A stretch of DNA of 63,993 nt, filler included, from Octopus bimaculoides (Eukaryota): NCBI RefSeq assembly GCF_001194135.2. It is 7 parts of 6 records of this genome, joined end to end, with 100 filler letters (N's around TTAATTAATTAA, not from the genome) between each part and the next. Parts side by side here need not be neighbours in the genome. Positions count along the whole stretch, not along the records: positions 1 to 18,350 come from NC_068992.1; positions 18,451 to 33,110 come from NC_068982.1; 5 more parts are not named here. The stretch is one strand, 5' to 3'. Position 1 is the stretch's first letter; the number at the start of each line of letters is the position of its first letter. Below, piece after piece: positions 12,423 through 25,956 of this stretch. The notes beneath the pieces are model-generated. The model made no database searches. It was not told the DNA's origin and saw only the letters and a program-made list of their open reading frames with translations. The translations under genes were made by a program, and so were the position numbers.

Positions 12423-12622
12423 TTCTTTACTACCCACAAGGGGCTACACACAGAGGTGACAAACAAGGACAGACAAACGGATTAAGTCGATTATATCAAC
12501 CCCAGTGCGTAACTGGTACTTATTTAATCGACCCCGAAAGGATGAAAGGCAAAGTCGACCTCGGCGGAATTTGAACTCAGAACGTAGCGGCAGACGAAAT
12601 ACCGCTAAGCATTTCGCCCGCA
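12423..12622 (-). mobile_element. SINE family B
   Basis: GCGAAATGCTTAGCGGTATTTCG...GAGGTCGACTTTGCCTTTCATCCTTTCGGGGTCG...TAGCCCTTGTGGG; other copies ~27775-27985(-), 31736-31932(+), 32718-32822(+), 34147-34372(-), 35938-36135(+), 4710-4880(-). Confidence 0.85.
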
Positions 12623-12980
12623 TGTGTGTATGCATGCACATGTGTGTTTGTGTGTGCATGTGTATGTACATGTGTGTGCATGTGTTTGTGAAGGTATGTG
12701 TGTGTGCATGTGTAAGCATGTGTGTATGTGTGTGCATGTGTATGTACATGTGTGTGCATGTGTTTGTGTATGTATGTTTGTGCATGTGTGTATGTGTGTG
12801 CATGTGTATGTACATGTGTGTGCATGTGTTTGTGTATGTATGTGTGTACATGTGTAAGCATGTGTATGTGTGTGCATGTGTTTGTGTATGTATGTGTGTG
12901 TGTGTGCATGTGTAAGCATGTGTGCATGCATACACATGTGTGTATGTGTATGTGTGCATGTATGTGTGTGTGTGTGTACA
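12620..12980. repeat. Compound (TG)/(CATG) minisatellite
   Basis: Repeated TGTGTGCATGTGTATGTACATG units; source of the many His/Thr and Cys/Val/Met ORFs. Confidence 0.85.
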
Positions 12981-13195
12981 TATACATACTTAAACTAACA
13001 AAAGAAGTATGGTTCTTTATTACCGAAGGCACACTCATACAAGTATTGAATATTTACACATTTGTGAAGAAAAACAATCTGAGATTGAAAAACAAATAAT
13101 TAACTCAGTGGGGAAAAAACAGAAGCCAAATATCTCCTGCTCATGGGGCAAACATTGTTTATATTAAAATCTAAGCTTTATCAATATCACTAGAG

Positions 13196-13277
<82 letters not shown>

Positions 13278-13332
13278 GTCTGTTTGTCTGCCTGCCTGTC
13301 TGTTTGTCTGTCTACTTACCTACCGACATATC

Positions 13333-13388
<56 letters not shown>

Positions 13389-13496
13389 TGTGTGTATACA
13401 TTTAGCTTAAATATTAATGTAAACAATGTTTGCCTGTTAAGTAAGAGAAGTGATATTTTTACTCCCTGACAGCTTCATTATTTTCTTTTATTTCTT

Positions 13497-13547
<51 letters not shown>

Positions 13548-13920
13548 TACGTGTGTGTGTGCGAAGGCACATGGCCCAGTGGTTAAGATGTTGCACTCAC
13601 GATTTTGTGAGATCATGGCTTCAATTCCCGTGCTGAGTGATCTGTTGTATTCTTGAGCAAAACACTTCTTTTATGCTGTTCCAGTTCACTCAGCTGTGAA
13701 GGGGTAACTCTGCCACAGACTAACCTTGAAATCAGGCAGAATGCTAAGTCACAAGGATGTAAACACACCAACACAGGTTGTCAAACAGCAATGGTGGAGA
13801 AACAAACATACATGCACATACACACACATATATATATATCGATAGTAATGGTAAGACAAAAAAAGAATGAAAGAGATTTCGATATTATGTAAATACAGGA
13901 ATTTATCTGTAAATATAATA

Positions 13921-14099
13921 TGTGACAATAATTCGGTAGCTCTGAGTTTCGGATGTTGGGTCGGAAACCTGCACCAGCATCTCTTTAGTTATTGGGCCAT
14001 CAAAAAATCTGGCTTGATAACTGAAGAGATGCTGGTGCGAGTTCCCACCCTGACACCCGAAACTCGGAGTTTTATAATGGCTACCGAATAATTGTCACA
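13921..14099. mobile_element. Foldback MITE (long imperfect palindrome, TA flanks)
   Basis: TGTGACAATAATTCGGTAGC...GCTACCGAATAATTGTCACA; both arms match over ~80 nt including GCACCAGCATCTCTT/AAGAGATGCTGGTGC, with an ~8-nt indel. Confidence 0.75.
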
Positions 14100-14103
14100 T
14101 ACT

Positions 14104-14145
<42 letters not shown>

Positions 14146-14746
14146 AAGAAAAGCAACAAAAATTCAATAGGTTATAGCAGTACGTACGTTTCGTACAAGC
14201 TCCATTTATTCATGTAGTGAATTCTTCAAATTTTATTCACCAAATCTCTTGATTTTGTTTTTGGTTTTTACCCTACCAAATTCTGGTGCCTCAAACATTT
14301 TAAGTACCACATTTAATCTTTTGATTAAATCTATATTTTATATATATATCATCATCATCGTTTAACGGCCGATGATGATGATATATATATATATAATANN
14401 NNNNNNNNNNNNNNNNNNNNNNNNNNNNNNNNNNNNNNNNNNNNNNNNNNNNNNNNNNNNNNNNNNNNNNNNNNNNNNNNNNNNNNNNNNNNNNNNNNNN
14501 NNNNNNNNNNNNNNNNNNNNNNNNNNNNNNNNNNNNNNNNNNNNNNNNNNNNNNNNNNNNNNNNNNNNNNNNNNNNNNNNNNNNNNNNNNNNNNNNNNNN
14601 NNNNNNNNNNNNNNNNNNNNNNNNNNNNNNNNNNNNNNNNNNNNNNNNNNNNNNNNNNNNNNNNNNNNNNNNNNNNNNNNNNNNNNNNNNNNNNNNNNNN
14701 NNNNNNNNNNNNNNNNNNNNNNNNNNNNNNNNNNNNNNNNNNNNNN

Positions 14747-14780
<34 letters not shown>

Positions 14781-16234
14781 GCATATGCGAGTATATGTAT
14801 GCGTGTGTATGTAACTGCATGTATATGTACATATGCCTGTGAGTGCATGTGTGTATGTCCGTGTAAATGTGAGCGCATATGCTGTAGTTTAACCAACGTG
14901 GAAAGCAAATTTCCATATACAATGTTCTACTGGACACCAAATATGTCTTGCTATTTCAATAAAAACAGATTGTTTTAATCAAAATTTCTAGTGAATAGCA
15001 GCAATACATACTTGGTATCTAACAGAATATAATAGAGGAAAAATTGTTTTCCCACTTGTGCCAAACCACAGCTTATTATGGCTCATGGTTGGTGATAGAG
15101 TAGTCTCCCACAATAGCAAGTTCCAGATGTAGGAGAATAAAACTACACTGTCTTTTCATATGTATATGTATGTATATATATATAGGTATATATATATAGA
15201 CAAAGAGATAGATACATAGAGAGGGAGGAAAGGGGAGAGAGATGAGCTAAATAGTATTTCCTTTATACATGTCTTGTTGGTGAAGAAGTATCTTAACACT
15301 TCATTAAGGAGAAAAGAAATTTTTCCTTTTAAGACTATCAGATAACTTACCGAGAGTGAATAATTGAATGAATGAATAAATGGATGAATGAGTGAGTGAA
15401 TGAATGAATGGACGGTGATTATATATGCATGTATGTGTATTATATATGTATGTAGTCTATTATTTGTTTCAGTCACTTGACTGCGGCCACGCTGGAGCAC
15501 CACCTTTTAGTCGAAGAAATCGATCCCAAGACTTATTCCTTGGAAGCCTGGTACTTATTCTATTGGTCTCTTTTGCTGAACCACTAAGTTACAGGGACGT
15601 AAACACACCATCATTAGCTTTCAAGCAATATCGGGTGGGTGGGGCAGACAAACACAGACACAAAGACACACATAAATATATACATACACATATATGTATA
15701 TACTCTATTACTTGTTTCAGTCATCTGACTGCGGCCATGCTGGAGCATCGCCTTTAGTCAAGCAAATCAACCCCAGGACTTATTCTTTGGAAGCCTAGTA
15801 CTTACTTATTCAATCGGCCTCTTTTGCTGAACCGCTAAGTTACGGGGACGTAAACACACCAGCATCGGTTGTCAAGCAATGTTGGGGGGGACAAACACAG
15901 ACACACAAACACATACATATATATATATACATATATATGACGGGCTTCTTTCAGTTTCCGTCTACGAAATCCACTCACAAGGCTTTGGTCGGCCCGAGGC
16001 TATAGTAGAAGACACTTGCCCAAGGTGCCACACAGTAGGACTGAACCCAGAACCATGTGGTTGGTAAGCAAACTCCTCTTATAACTTTCTCATACTTCTC
16101 TTTATATTTTATCTAATATGAATAATATAATGCATCTAATAATAATAATAATAATTGATTCATTTGTATGCATATACATGCATTTATGTATGTACATTTA
16201 AGTGTAGGTACATGTATTTATGTATATTTATGGG

Positions 16235-16532
16235 AACCCGTGGAAGAGGTAGGCCCAGGAAGACCTGGGCTGAGGTGGTGAGGCAAGACCTTCGTACATT
16301 GGGCCTCACCGAGGTGATGACTACTGACCGAGACCTTTGGAAATGTGCTGTGCGTGAGAAGACCCGGCAAGCCAAGTAAGATTGTTGCCAGTGCCCCTGG
16401 ACTGGCTCTTGTGCAGGTGGCACATGAGATGCACCATTTTGAGCGTGGCCGTTGCCAGTACCGCCTGACTGGCTCCCGTAGGATTTTCGAGCGAGATCGT
16501 TGCCAGTGCCCCTGGACTGGCTTGTGCGGGTG
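16235..16532 (+). mobile_element. RTE-clade LINE 3' end (ORF C-terminus plus 3'UTR)
   Basis: GTRGRGRPRKTWAEVVRQDLRTLGLTEVMTTDRDLWKCAVREKTRQAK* is the characteristic RTE C-terminus; continues into a gap. Confidence 0.85.
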
Positions 16533-16901
16533 NNNNNNNNNNNNNNNNNNNNNNNNNNNNNNNNNNNNNNNNNNNNNNNNNNNNNNNNNNNNNNNNNNNN
16601 NNNNNNNNNNNNNNNNNNNNNNNNNNNNNNNNNNNNNNNNNNNNNNNNNNNNNNNNNNNNNNNNNNNNNNNNNNNNNNNNNNNNNNNNNNNNNNNNNNNN
16701 NNNNNNNNNNNNNNNNNNNNNNNNNNNNNNNNNNNNNNNNNNNNNNNNNNNNNNNNNNNNNNNNNNNNNNNNNNNNNNNNNNNNNNNNNNNNNNNNNNNN
16801 NNNNNNNNNNNNNNNNNNNNNNNNNNNNNNNNNNNNNNNNNNNNNNNNNNNNNNNNNNNNNNNNNNNNNNNNNNNNNNNNNNNNNNNNNNNNNNNNNNNN
16901 N

Positions 16902-17173
16902 TGTGAAGGCCTCTGAGCATGTATCACCAAGCTTTTGACAAAATTTGATGCAGATTCTCTGCTCAACTTCCTCTGTCATGGTGAATGTAACGATCACACG
17001 CTACACACCTTCTTTCCAAGCACTGCTGTAAATAGCGGAAGCGAGCTAGAATGTTAAAACTTAGTGTGCATGCACAGCAGAGCTCAAGGTCAATCTATGC
17101 CAAACAGCTTCACTCTGCATGCTTCAGCTTCGTTACTATGGCAACAGTTTGGATACTTATTGATCAGACCATG
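16902..17173 (-). mobile_element. Mariner element 5' end (TIR, leader, transposase N-terminus)
   Basis: TA-CATGGTCTGATCAATAAGTATCCAAACTGTTGCCATAGTAACGAAGC terminus, then MTEEVEQRICIKFCQKLGDTCSEAFT before a gap. Confidence 0.85.
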
Positions 17174-18350
17174 TATATGTAAACTGATAGGTAGATAAAT
17201 AGATAGATAGATAGATAGATAGACAGATAGATAAACAGACAAGGTAGGCAGACAAATGGATAGACAGATAGCCAGCCAGCGAGCCAGGCAAACAGACAGA
17301 CAGGCAGACGAATAGACAGTGAGAGAAAGAGACACAGGGACATACAGACCGAGAGATTGATATCAACATTAATGATGATCAATATTTTGAGTGATAAGTG
17401 ATGCATACTAAGAGATAATCCCACAGACAGCTCAATTCATTTACCCAGTTTCACTTCCCAGTTAAAGATAATAATTTATTTGGCTTACATCACTCACGCT
17501 CTCATCCCCTAGAGAATCAGTTTGGCTTTGTTTGTTTCTACAATGTTAGAAATCAATATTTTTACTAATTCCAGAAATGGCAGAAGTCAGAATTCACATA
17601 GCACCGGATTAACCATTTCATTAGACATACTTCTATAGAAATACACTATTCATGTATTTCAATTAATTTCGAAAAATAATCAATGATTTGGACGGATAAA
17701 TAACTAATTCTTTATTAAGATGGGTGTCACAGAGTTTAAATCCGAACAAGGTGAACTTTACCTCTCATCTCTTTGGAGTCAATAAAATAAATTAGATACC
17801 AGTCAAGTACTAGGGTCAAAGGCATCAACTAATTCTTCCCTTCGAAATAGTTGACCCTCTGCTGACAGCAGAAACCATTATGTGTGTGGGTGTGTGTGTG
17901 TGTGTGTTCTTTTATTCATTTACTTGTTTCAGTCATTTGACTGCAGCCATGGTGGAGTACCACCTTAGAGGGTTTTTAGTTGAAGAAATAGACCCCAGGA
18001 CTTATTCCTTGTAAGCCTAGTACTTATTCTATTGGTGACTTTGCTGAACCACTAAATTTCAGGGACATAAACACACCAACAGCACAAAGGAGAAGGTACA
18101 ATTTGTAATCTTCGAAACATATGTTGGAAATAAAAGAATTCATTTAACATATGCGTTTTACTCCATTTACTAAATGTGTATATATACTCAAGTACCCAAA
18201 ATAACAAGGAGTTTCTACCTCATAAACAGGAGTTACACCACAGTCATTTTGTGATCTTTGCTACCCTGGTATCTATTAACCAATTTATTTTGTCGGAGTT
18301 AATTATTAACTTAGAGAAAATAAATACATATAATAATATATGAGTGGTTG

Positions 18351-18450
18351 NNNNNNNNNNNNNNNNNNNNNNNNNNNNNNNNNNNNNNNNNNNNTTAATT
18401 AATTAANNNNNNNNNNNNNNNNNNNNNNNNNNNNNNNNNNNNNNNNNNNN
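18351..18450. other. Artificial assembly linker (44N-TTAATTAATTAA-44N)
   Basis: Identical palindromic 12-mer with stops in all six frames at 18395, 33155, 37423, 41687, 44850 and 62793, each embedded in N runs. Confidence 0.95.
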
Positions 18451-18636
18451 TATATGTATATATATATATACACATACGATTGATTTCTTTCAGTTTCCGT
18501 CTACCAAATCCACTCACAAGGCTTTGGTCGGCTATAATAGAAGACATTTGCTCAAGGTGTAAGGCAGTGGGACTGAACCCAGAACCATGTGGCTGGGAAG
18601 CCACTCCTGCGCCTATATATATATGTGTGTGTGTGT

Positions 18637-18694
<58 letters not shown>

Positions 18695-19520
18695 ATGTAT
18701 AAACATAGACCATATTGGACGTGACTGGCTCTTAGGGAGGTATCAGCTATGTACGTAATATATATATGTGTGTGTGTGTATATATATGTATGTATGTATA
18801 AAACGTGTCTTTCTTTCCTTTTTGCGTCTTTCATTACATTCAGTCTCTCTCCACATCTCTTCTCCACCCCGTCGCTGTTCACATAATACCCTTGACAAAC
18901 ACCCCAAGTTGTTTGAACNNNNNNNNNNNNNNNNNNNNNNNNNNNNNNNNNNNNNNNNNNNNNNNNNNNNNNNNNNNNNNNNNNNNNNNNNNNNNNNNNN
19001 NNNNNNNNNNNNNNNNNNNNNNNNNNNNNNNNNNNNNNNNNNNNNNNNNNNNNNNNNNNNNNNNNNNNNNNNNNNNNNNNNNNNNNNNNNNNNNNNNNNN
19101 NNNNNNNNNNNNNNNNNNNNNNNNNNNNNNNNNNNNNNNNNNNNNNNNNNNNNNNNNNNNNNNNNNNNNNNNNNNNNNNNNNNNNNNNNNNNNNNNNNNN
19201 NNNNNNNNNNNNNNNNNNNNNNNNNNNNNNNNNNNNNNNNNNNNNNNNNNNNNNNNNNNNNNNNNNNNNNNNNNNNNNNNNNNNNNNNNNNNNNNNNNNN
19301 NNNNNNNNNNNNNNNNNNNCACTGCCGCCACCACCCAACATCATCATCAACGCTACCCTCACCGATATCATCACCCACCACACACACACACACACACCAC
19401 TACCACCACCACCCGGGCTCTGTAATTGAGATGAAGTGAACAATGATCATATTACATATTTATATTTGTATGTATGTATGTGCGTATGTATGTATGTGCG
19501 TATGTATGTATGCATGTATG

Positions 19521-19551
<31 letters not shown>

Positions 19552-19684
19552 ATATATAAATATATATATGTATGTATATGCGTCTGCGTGTGTGTGTGTG
19601 CTTGCATTTTACGTCGTTAATAAATAAACCGGTGCTTTTCACCAGGGACACCGTCGTCATTGCAACAGAAAAAGATTGATGTCT

Positions 19685-19722
<38 letters not shown>

Positions 19723-19954
19723 GGCATTAATTTTGTTATAGACGTCTACGTGACCGATCAAGACCTATGACTAAAAGCATTCCACAAGTGACCTTCCCTC
19801 ATATTTTCTTTGAGGCCGCAATGCAACTTGGACTACATTAACCAATGTGTCCTTCTTTTCTCTGAAGCAGTAGAGTGTAATTTGAGAGAGATTTGACCGC
19901 TACTTCTAGCAGATCAAGCAACCACGTGGTGATTCCTTCCATGGGTTGTGCCTT

Positions 19955-20765
19955 ATTGTTGCTGCTGTGTAATGTGCGCATCTCTTTGCATTAAGTGGTG
20001 GAACGTGCAATTTCCTGTAAGTCGGAGCACCTCATGGTCCCAGTAGACTGGATGGAAAACCCGTTTCCCCGGAGGATGGCGAGGGAGGTGCGCTGGAACA
20101 GCCACTCTGACTCGCTCTTGCAGACAGCAATCTTCGCCCCTATAGCGGTGAGCAGAGATCTGGTCCGGAGGCCAAGAACGCTCGAAGTTTCCACTGTCAC
20201 AGGGTCGACCATAAAGCTTGCGGCCCCCAATCACAGATGGTTCAGTTGTGTTTTGGAGAACCCTGTTCATGAGGACACGGCAAGAGATCACCAACGAGAG
20301 AAAAGCCGACAGGGCTTGTGAGACCGGAGATTGAAGGCCGAGGCCGTCATATTTAATGGGTAAGGTGGCTTGTTTCCATCCAGTGTCATTGAACCGAACG
20401 TTGCATGTCTCTTCGGCAGTCCGTTGAATATGGGCGTCGAGATCATTGAGGGAAGGTAAGGGGCTGTAGCAAGAAGCGAAGCCAAGACTTGGGGGTGGAG
20501 CGAATGGCAAGCGGGAGGACCAGCGAATGGAGGATAAGGACGTCCTCTTTCGGGGTCACCTGTACCTGGTGAGGTCGTGAACGTACGTCCGAGATGGAGG
20601 CCGCAAAGCCCTCTGCATCGTAGTTGACATTCACGACCTCTGACTTGGACAAGTTTATCTTGAGGCTGATCCTCGCTCCAGCGGGAACCACTCGTCGGAG
20701 ATGGTGACAGACAGTCTTTACTGGCCCACCTATCGTCGCATCGTCCAGGTACCAAACGTTGAAAG
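19955..20765 (-). mobile_element. CRE-clade non-LTR retrotransposon, 5'-truncated and internally deleted
   Basis: RT motif FNVWYLDDATIGGP, LKINLSKSE, WKQATLPIKYDGLGL and C-terminal REL-type PVTVETSSVLG...LFQRTSLAILRGNGFSI across frameshifts. Confidence 0.8.
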
Positions 20766-20960
20766 GAGTCACACACACACACTCACACACATGTATAGGT
20801 GCAGGAGTGGCTGTGTGGTAAGTAGCTTGCTTACCAAACTACATGGTTCCGGGTTCAGTTCCAGTGCGTGGCACCTTGGCAAGTGTCTTCTACTATAGCC
20901 TCGAGCTGACCAAAGTCTTGTGAGTGGATTTGGTAGACAGAAACTGAAAGAAGCCCGTCG

Positions 20961-21003
<43 letters not shown>

Positions 21004-22689
21004 TTGTCCCACGACCACCACTATCGCTTAACAACCGATGCTGGTGTGCTTACGTCCCGTACTAGCGGTTCGGCAAAAAAGACCGATAGANNNNNNNNNN
21101 NNNNNNNNNNNNNNNNNNNNNNNNNNNNNNNNNNNNNNNNNNNNNNNNNNNNNNNNNNNNNNNNNNNNNNNNNNNNNNNNNNNNNNNNNNNNNNNNNNNN
21201 NNNNNNNNNNNNNNNNNNNNNNNNNNNNNNNNNNNNNNNNNNNNNNNCCTATGTATGTATGTATGTATGTATGTATGTATGTACACACACTAAAGTAGGA
21301 TTCAACTACGCATTTCTTTTCATCCTCTGCAATTCATTAAGAGAATATTTGTCTTTTTACGTCTTGTTTTGCCTAAATTCCGTATCAATATCACATTTTT
21401 TTAGCAAACCCTGTAACTTCCTTTTCAATCTGTTTAAATTGAAATTTATATTCGTTTCGCATATTTTTCGGTTCTTGTTTTTTTTTTTGTTTTTTTTTTT
21501 TGAAAAAGCTGACTCAGATAAGAAACTGTTACCAGATCTCGCCTACCATTATGTAAATATACGGATAAACTGAAAGCCTTGTCTAGCACTTTACTGTAGA
21601 ATATCAGAATAGTTAAGAATTCGTAAGTATTGACTGTTTCAGGTACACCTTTTATGTCAGAGCTGTGTAGGAATATGATTTTTATCAGAATCTTCAAAAC
21701 TCTTTGTGGAACAGCTGCTAGTACTGATAGATTCTCAAACACACTCTACTGTTTTCTGGATGTCTATTTTGTATCACAAACTTTCTTCAGAACCATTGCG
21801 AAAGATCTGAGATGAATGTGTCATCTTTTCAGAACTGAAAAACAAGTTAATCTATCAGAAAAACAAAACATAAACCGAGTTTGGACATTGGTGCTTACTG
21901 CAAAAAGCAAAGTCAAGTTATATATACAGTTGTATGAAATGAGTGAATCTGGAGGTTTACTCGATGTGATGTTCACATCATTGTGAGACTGACCGAAAGA
22001 AACAATAACATTTCAAGGTTTTTGATTACTGGAAACATCTTCAGACTTTACCCCCAGGTAATTCGATGAATTGAATGGTATAAATTGCTCCACTACACCT
22101 CAATTTACTGTTACAAATCGATACCCGATAAAGAAAATTCGTCAGTTTTGCTGAAATCAATAGCGAAGTCGGCAATTATTACGAAATCCTTAATCACCTT
22201 CATTTTGACTTCTTTGATAGAATCTATGCTGGGAAGGTCAGTATCGGACCAGTTAGCACGCTACAGTTGAGATATGTTGCATTTCCATTATTCAATAATA
22301 AATGCTGCTCCAGCCATTCCTTTTGTGGTAAAAACCTTAATCATTTTATTTTTGTCTTTGTATTTGGGGCATCGCAACTTTGATAACTACGATAACATCG
22401 GAATGGCAGTCTGTTTTCCAAATAGAAAACTGTGTGTATTAGGTTGGGGGAAAAGTCCCGCCGCATGTCTTACTTGATTCCTTTAAGGGTACTTTTTAAT
22501 GCATACCATAAAATAAGCATTAACCTTCACATTTTAATCCGCTTTTTTTTTTTGTTTTCTTTCTCTTCGGATTACTTCATACCATAGTGGTTAAATTCAT
22601 ATCGATTTTACCCCTTTAAAATGAGTTTAAATCAAATCTATATTGCCAACTGTTTGAATTCAACAACAGCTTTTCAAAATTAGAAACAG

Positions 22690-23035
22690 CAAAAAACATT
22701 TGTTCTGTCCACGAAAATGAAACTTTCAGACATGTCAACGAGGGTTTGGCCAGTGTCGCTCGGGAAATTCTTCTCTCGTAGATTCTCCTTGCTCAGGACA
22801 ACCAAGATCTGTCATTACTGAGTTTCTGAACACCGTAGTTGAGAAGAATCCAAGGCAGACTGCAAGCGAATTGACAAAACAATTTAAGTCATCGATCATA
22901 AGATTCGATCATAAAATATCTTGATGATCTTGGGGAAGTGTCTAAACTAGTTCAGTGGATTCCTCATTATCTGACTGCGTCTCGACCCAACCAAGGAGTC
23001 GTCCTCTATTCGTCATTGACGAGCTGAAATGCTAT
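22690..23035 (+). mobile_element. Decayed mariner transposase fragment
   Basis: CQRGFGQCRSGNSSLVDSPCSGQPRSV...EKNPRQTASEL...LGEVSKLVQWIPHYLT matches the HTH and WVPHEL region. Confidence 0.75.
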
Positions 23036-23269
23036 TGAACCATGTGGTTCGTAAGCAAGCTACTTACTACACAGCCACTCTTACGCCTATAAAACTGTCG
23101 GTGAAAAATAAAGATTAAAATGAACAGGGGACGGGGAAAACGAACGAATTCATCTGACAACCCAATACAAAATGATGAATACTAATTTTCAAAAAAAAAA
23201 AACTTTTTACCTTAGAATAAACAAATTTCTCATTTGCATAACTGCTCGCACAACTACCGTCCATTTATA

Positions 23270-23762
23270 CAGTAATCCCTCGCCATATCGCGGTTCACAT
23301 ATTCACCTATCGCGCACTCAGTACATCGCGGATTTTTTTTTACCAATATATGTAAATTTATATCGTGGACTCCTCAGTATATCGCGGGTTTCTGCGACCG
23401 ATAGGTGTTTATATTTTTTTAAAATTATAATTATCTCTGTGGTAAAATAATCATTTTCACACCTAAAAATTAATAAATTAATAAATAGAAATACAGTACA
23501 ATACTGCACTGTATAACACATTAATTAAAATTAAAAGAAAATACGTAGATGAGTAAACGAAGAATCTCACATGCTGTATGGAAAATGAAACTCGGGAGGC
23601 GAGGGTGGGTGTTGTTTTGCATTTATAATCAAATAAATATATATCAATTATAAAAATGATAAAAAAAATTTTATACAGTCCGGTACTGTTTCTACTTCGC
23701 GGATTTTCACTTCTCGCGGAACGTTTTGGAACGTAACCCCTGCTATAGTCGAGGTATTACTG
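23270..23762. mobile_element. Tigger/pogo-like MITE
   Basis: TIRs CAGTAATCCCTCGCCATATCGCGG / CCCCTGCTATAGTCGAGGTATTACTG with TA on both sides. Confidence 0.8.
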
Positions 23763-23962
23763 TACCTCCTCTTCTGTGTCCATGACCCTTTCTTTTCCCT
23801 TTATTCAATGCCTGCCACCGAACCTAGTATATGCACCCACCATTCCCTTTAAATTGTCAGATGACTTTTACTCTATCCGTCCCCTTCGCCTCCGTAGGAT
23901 GCAAACCGCGACTGGAGAGATCAAACGACCAGGATTCGTATCGGTTATTATTGGATAAAGAC

Positions 23963-24082
<120 letters not shown>

Positions 24083-24390
24083 CAAATGTTAATGGATATC
24101 CATCGCTTTCGACATCAAGTATTCGAGAAACAGATGGACCCTTAGCGTAATCCATTCTCAGGCAGAACCAACGAGACAGGGTGACAAGACGACTGGACCT
24201 TTGAGTTCCACGTACAATCTACCTGACATGCTTCTATACAGTTTCCCTTTGCCCAACTTCACTCACGAGAGTTTGGTTGACTGGACATATTTCATCAAAA
24301 TGTTACGCGCTGGGATCAAACCCGCAACCGCATTATTGCGAAGGGAACGTTTTAACCAATCGGCCATGTCTGCATCCAACATCATCACTG

Positions 24391-24437
<47 letters not shown>

Positions 24438-24462
24438 ATGCACGTATATATTCACACGCATA

Positions 24463-24735
24463 CGTGGTCTGAGCAATAAGTATCCTGACTGTTGCCATAG
24501 TAACGAAGCCAAAACACAGAGCAAAGCTGCTCGGCACAGATTGACTTTGGACCCTGCTGTGCATGCGCATTAAGTGTTAACGTTCTAGCTCACTTTCCCT
24601 GTTTACAGCAGTGCTTGGAAGGAACCTGTGTAGCGCGTGATCGTTGCATTGAACATGACAGAGAAAGTAAAGCACTCTGCATGCTTTAGCTTCGTTACTA
24701 TGGCAACAGTCCGGATACTTATTGATCAGACCTCG
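24463..24735 (+). mobile_element. Non-autonomous mariner MITE, same family as 16902-17173
   Basis: ~50-bp TIRs with TA flanks; interior aligns with the leader of the 17-kb element up to ATGACAGAGAAAGT. Confidence 0.85.
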
Positions 24736-24771
24736 TATAACGTATATAGATACGCATCCAATCTCCCCCCC

Positions 24772-24838
<67 letters not shown>

Positions 24839-25956
24839 TTTGTGTCTGTTTGTCTCCCACCACCACTTGTCAACCGGTGTTTATGTTCCCGTGACTTAGC
24901 GGTTCGGCAAAAAGTAACCGATAGAATAAAGTGCCAGGTTTTACAAAAAAATTTTTTTTAAATAAGACATTAAGTATTGGTGTCGATTCTTTCGACTAAA
25001 AACTCTTTCAAGGTGGTGCCCCAGCATGGCCGCAGTCTAATGACTGAAACGAGTAAAAGATAAGAGATATAAGATAATGGAGAGAGTGAGAGAGGGAGAG
25101 AGAGTAAAAAAAGAAAGACAGAGAGAGAGAGAGGGGGGAAATGAAGGAGAAAAAACAAACAGTTAATAGTTTTAAGTTTACCATTCGTTGATGTAATAAG
25201 GATTGCGAGAAAGGAGGAGGAGGAGAAGAAGAAAAGAAAGAAAGGGAAGGCAAATGAGCATTGATTGAGGATAGAAGAGGAGGAGTAATATACTATTGTT
25301 GTTGTTGTTGTACTTAGCTGCAGGCTCCCTCTTACTGTTCTATTTTTAGACTACAACAAACTAAATATACTTCCCAACCAGTGTGGACGTGTTTTCTGTT
25401 CCTCTCTTACAACTTATTCAAAGTCAACCCAGCCCCACACCCCCACACAAACACACACACTCCCACGACCCTTCCTCTCATTATTCTCCTTGTCTCTCTC
25501 CCTCTTCTCTCTTTCTTATCTTTAGCTTTATTTTATTTATTTATAATTCTTTATTAGAACAAATCCCTCTCCCCCCCTCCACTCTCTCACTTTCTCTCTT
25601 TCTCGTTCTTCCATTTTTCTTGTGTTCTTTCTGTTTCTTTATCTGCCGTTTCCTTTCTCCGTTTTCATTTCTTTTTCTATAGTAGGTGCAGGAGTGGCTG
25701 TGTGGTAAATAGCTTGCTTACCAACCACATGGTCCTGGGTTCAGTCCCACTGCGTGCCACCATGGGCAAGTGTCTTCTACTATAGCCTCGGGCCGACCAA
25801 AACCTTGTAAGTGGATTTGGTAGACGGAAACTGGAAGAAGCCCGTCGTATATGTATGTATGTGTGTGTGTGTGTGCAATGCATCTAGATACAAATGAACA
25901 GAAGGTAAAAAAGACACTCAGAACTGACCACCATCTCTCATGTATATACGTATATA

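Noticed and set aside
12444-13099. Long His/Thr and Cys/Val/Met ORFs
   Set aside because: Translation of (TG)/(CATG) minisatellite; same for poly-Ile/Leu/Asn/Tyr, Arg-Glu and Ser/Glu ORFs elsewhere.
22100-22265. Minus-strand WSD-containing frame as a possible LRP exon
   Set aside because: Weak splice signals, flanking stops and no real YWTD spacing.
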